64,000 nucleotides of DNA, taken from an uncultured Desulfobacteraceae bacterium (lineage in GTDB: Bacteria; Desulfobacterota; DSM-4660; Desulfatiglandales; HGW-15). Positions 63,178 to 64,000 of this stretch are shown here, one piece after another. The stretch's first letter is position 1. Each line of letters starts with the position of its first letter. Position numbers and translations under genes: made by a program. The DNA is taken from positions 2,156 through 66,155 of the forward strand of contig CAYQNR010000004.1 of the NCBI GenBank assembly GCA_964418945.1. Reading direction: 5' to 3'. The notes beneath the pieces were generated by a model, which had not been told where the DNA came from, made no database searches, and saw only the letters and a list, made by a program, of their open reading frames with translations.

Positions 63178-64000
63178 TTAACGAATTATCTCCTTTGCCC
63201 TGCTTAACAAACCTTCACTCACGTTCAGTCCAAGTTCTTTAATCACTCTGTAATTGAGCCGCAAATGATTCTCAGGTGTGACAACCGGGATTGTACCGGC
63301 CGGGGTACCTTTAAATATTTTGTCGGCCAGGGTAGCGGCAAGCATGCCCGTTTCAAAAAAGTCAGGGACAAAACTGAACATGGCGCCAAGGTCCGCTGTA
63401 AAATTAGCGCCACCGCCAATAGGCACTTTGTGTTCATTCGCAAAATTGACGATCGCCGCAAAACCATCAGGTGAATGGTTAATAAAGTCAGGCATAAGCA
63501 GAATAGCATCAATGCCAATATCATCCAAGGCTGCTCTCTTCTGCAGAGAAGCCTGAAGTCCTTCCACACCGATGACATGATCTTCCACCAACGTTATGCC
63601 TAAGGACGAGGCCGCTGGGCGCAACGCCTCAATCACTCTTTGTGTGGTAGGATAATTGGGATTATAGATTATCAAAACTCGTTTGGCCTGCGGCGCCAAC
63701 TCGTGCAAGAACCCAAGACGCATGACATCGTTGTCCGGGCCGGGGAAGCGAACACCGGTTATATGCCCGCCTGGTTGGCGCACGCTCTCTACCAGATTAG
63801 TACCTTCTATGTTGGCGTTGGCAAAAACCACAGGGATGTCTGTCCCCTGGGTGGCTTCCTTAGCTGCAACGCTCGCCCCAGTGGGAAATGCAAAAATCAA
63901 GTCAACCTTGTCCTGCACGAATTTTCTTACAACCCCTCTTCTTTGTGATGGATCCATGTTCTCTATCTGGATATCGTAAGTTATGTTCTTGCCATCTGCA
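63178..64000 (-). CDS. COG2984-type substrate-binding protein, 5' end outside window
   Basis: The frame stays open to the window edge. Homology to the neighbour continues upstream of the first ATG (...GKNITYDIQIENMDPSQ...). Confidence 0.75.
   Translation of the reverse strand, partial: ADGKNITYDIQIENMDPSQRRGVVRKFVQDKVDLIFAFPTGASVAAKEATQGTDIPVVFANANIEGTNLVESVRQPGGHITGVRFPGPDNDVMRLGFLHELAPQAKRVLIIYNPNYPTTQRVIEALRPAASSLGITLVEDHVIGVEGLQASLQKRAALDDIGIDAILLMPDFINHSPDGFAAIVNFANEHKVPIGGGANFTADLGAMFSFVPDFFETGMLAATLADKIFKGTPAGTIPVVTPENHLRLNYRVIKELGLNVSEGLLSRAKEIIR

Overview
This 64-kb window looks like a paralogue-rich redox and catabolic island from a strict anaerobe. A Desulfobacterota-like host is my inference from gene content only. 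Coding content, left to right:
- A DUF169 fragment, an MFS transporter and two exported proteins.
- A tightly coupled minus-strand efflux operon (19444->3746) that mixes ABC and RND parts. It includes one 1594-aa ORF in which an RND pump is fused to an ABC ATPase.
- A bicupin, a SnoaL-like lipoprotein, and two OYE/FadH-type flavoenzymes flanking an IS91 remnant.
- A second DUF169.
- A long minus-strand operon (38375->29023). It carries two ORF pairs joined by in-frame TGA codons (U-x-x-C motifs, each followed by a GGUC-loop hairpin), an AprA/FrdA-like flavoprotein, a ferredoxin, a tungsten-type AOR and a URO-D-like protein.
- A Mop-type molybdenum aldehyde oxidoreductase and an Fe-S aldo/keto reductase.
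- Three more members of one cupin family and a second URO-D-like gene.
- A second MFS transporter, two glycyl-radical enzymes each with its own activase, and an SDR.
- Three COG2984-type binding proteins around a hybrid histidine kinase.

Non-coding content:
- A position-locked promoter-plus-leader box recurs upstream of at least seven transcription units.
- A MITE family is present in four copies. Two copies carry the same nested 196-bp element.
- Several REP-like hairpin arrays are present.

I found no rRNA, tRNA or CRISPR array. The strongest leads are the two-selenoprotein operon, the RND::ABC fusion and the shared promoter/leader module.
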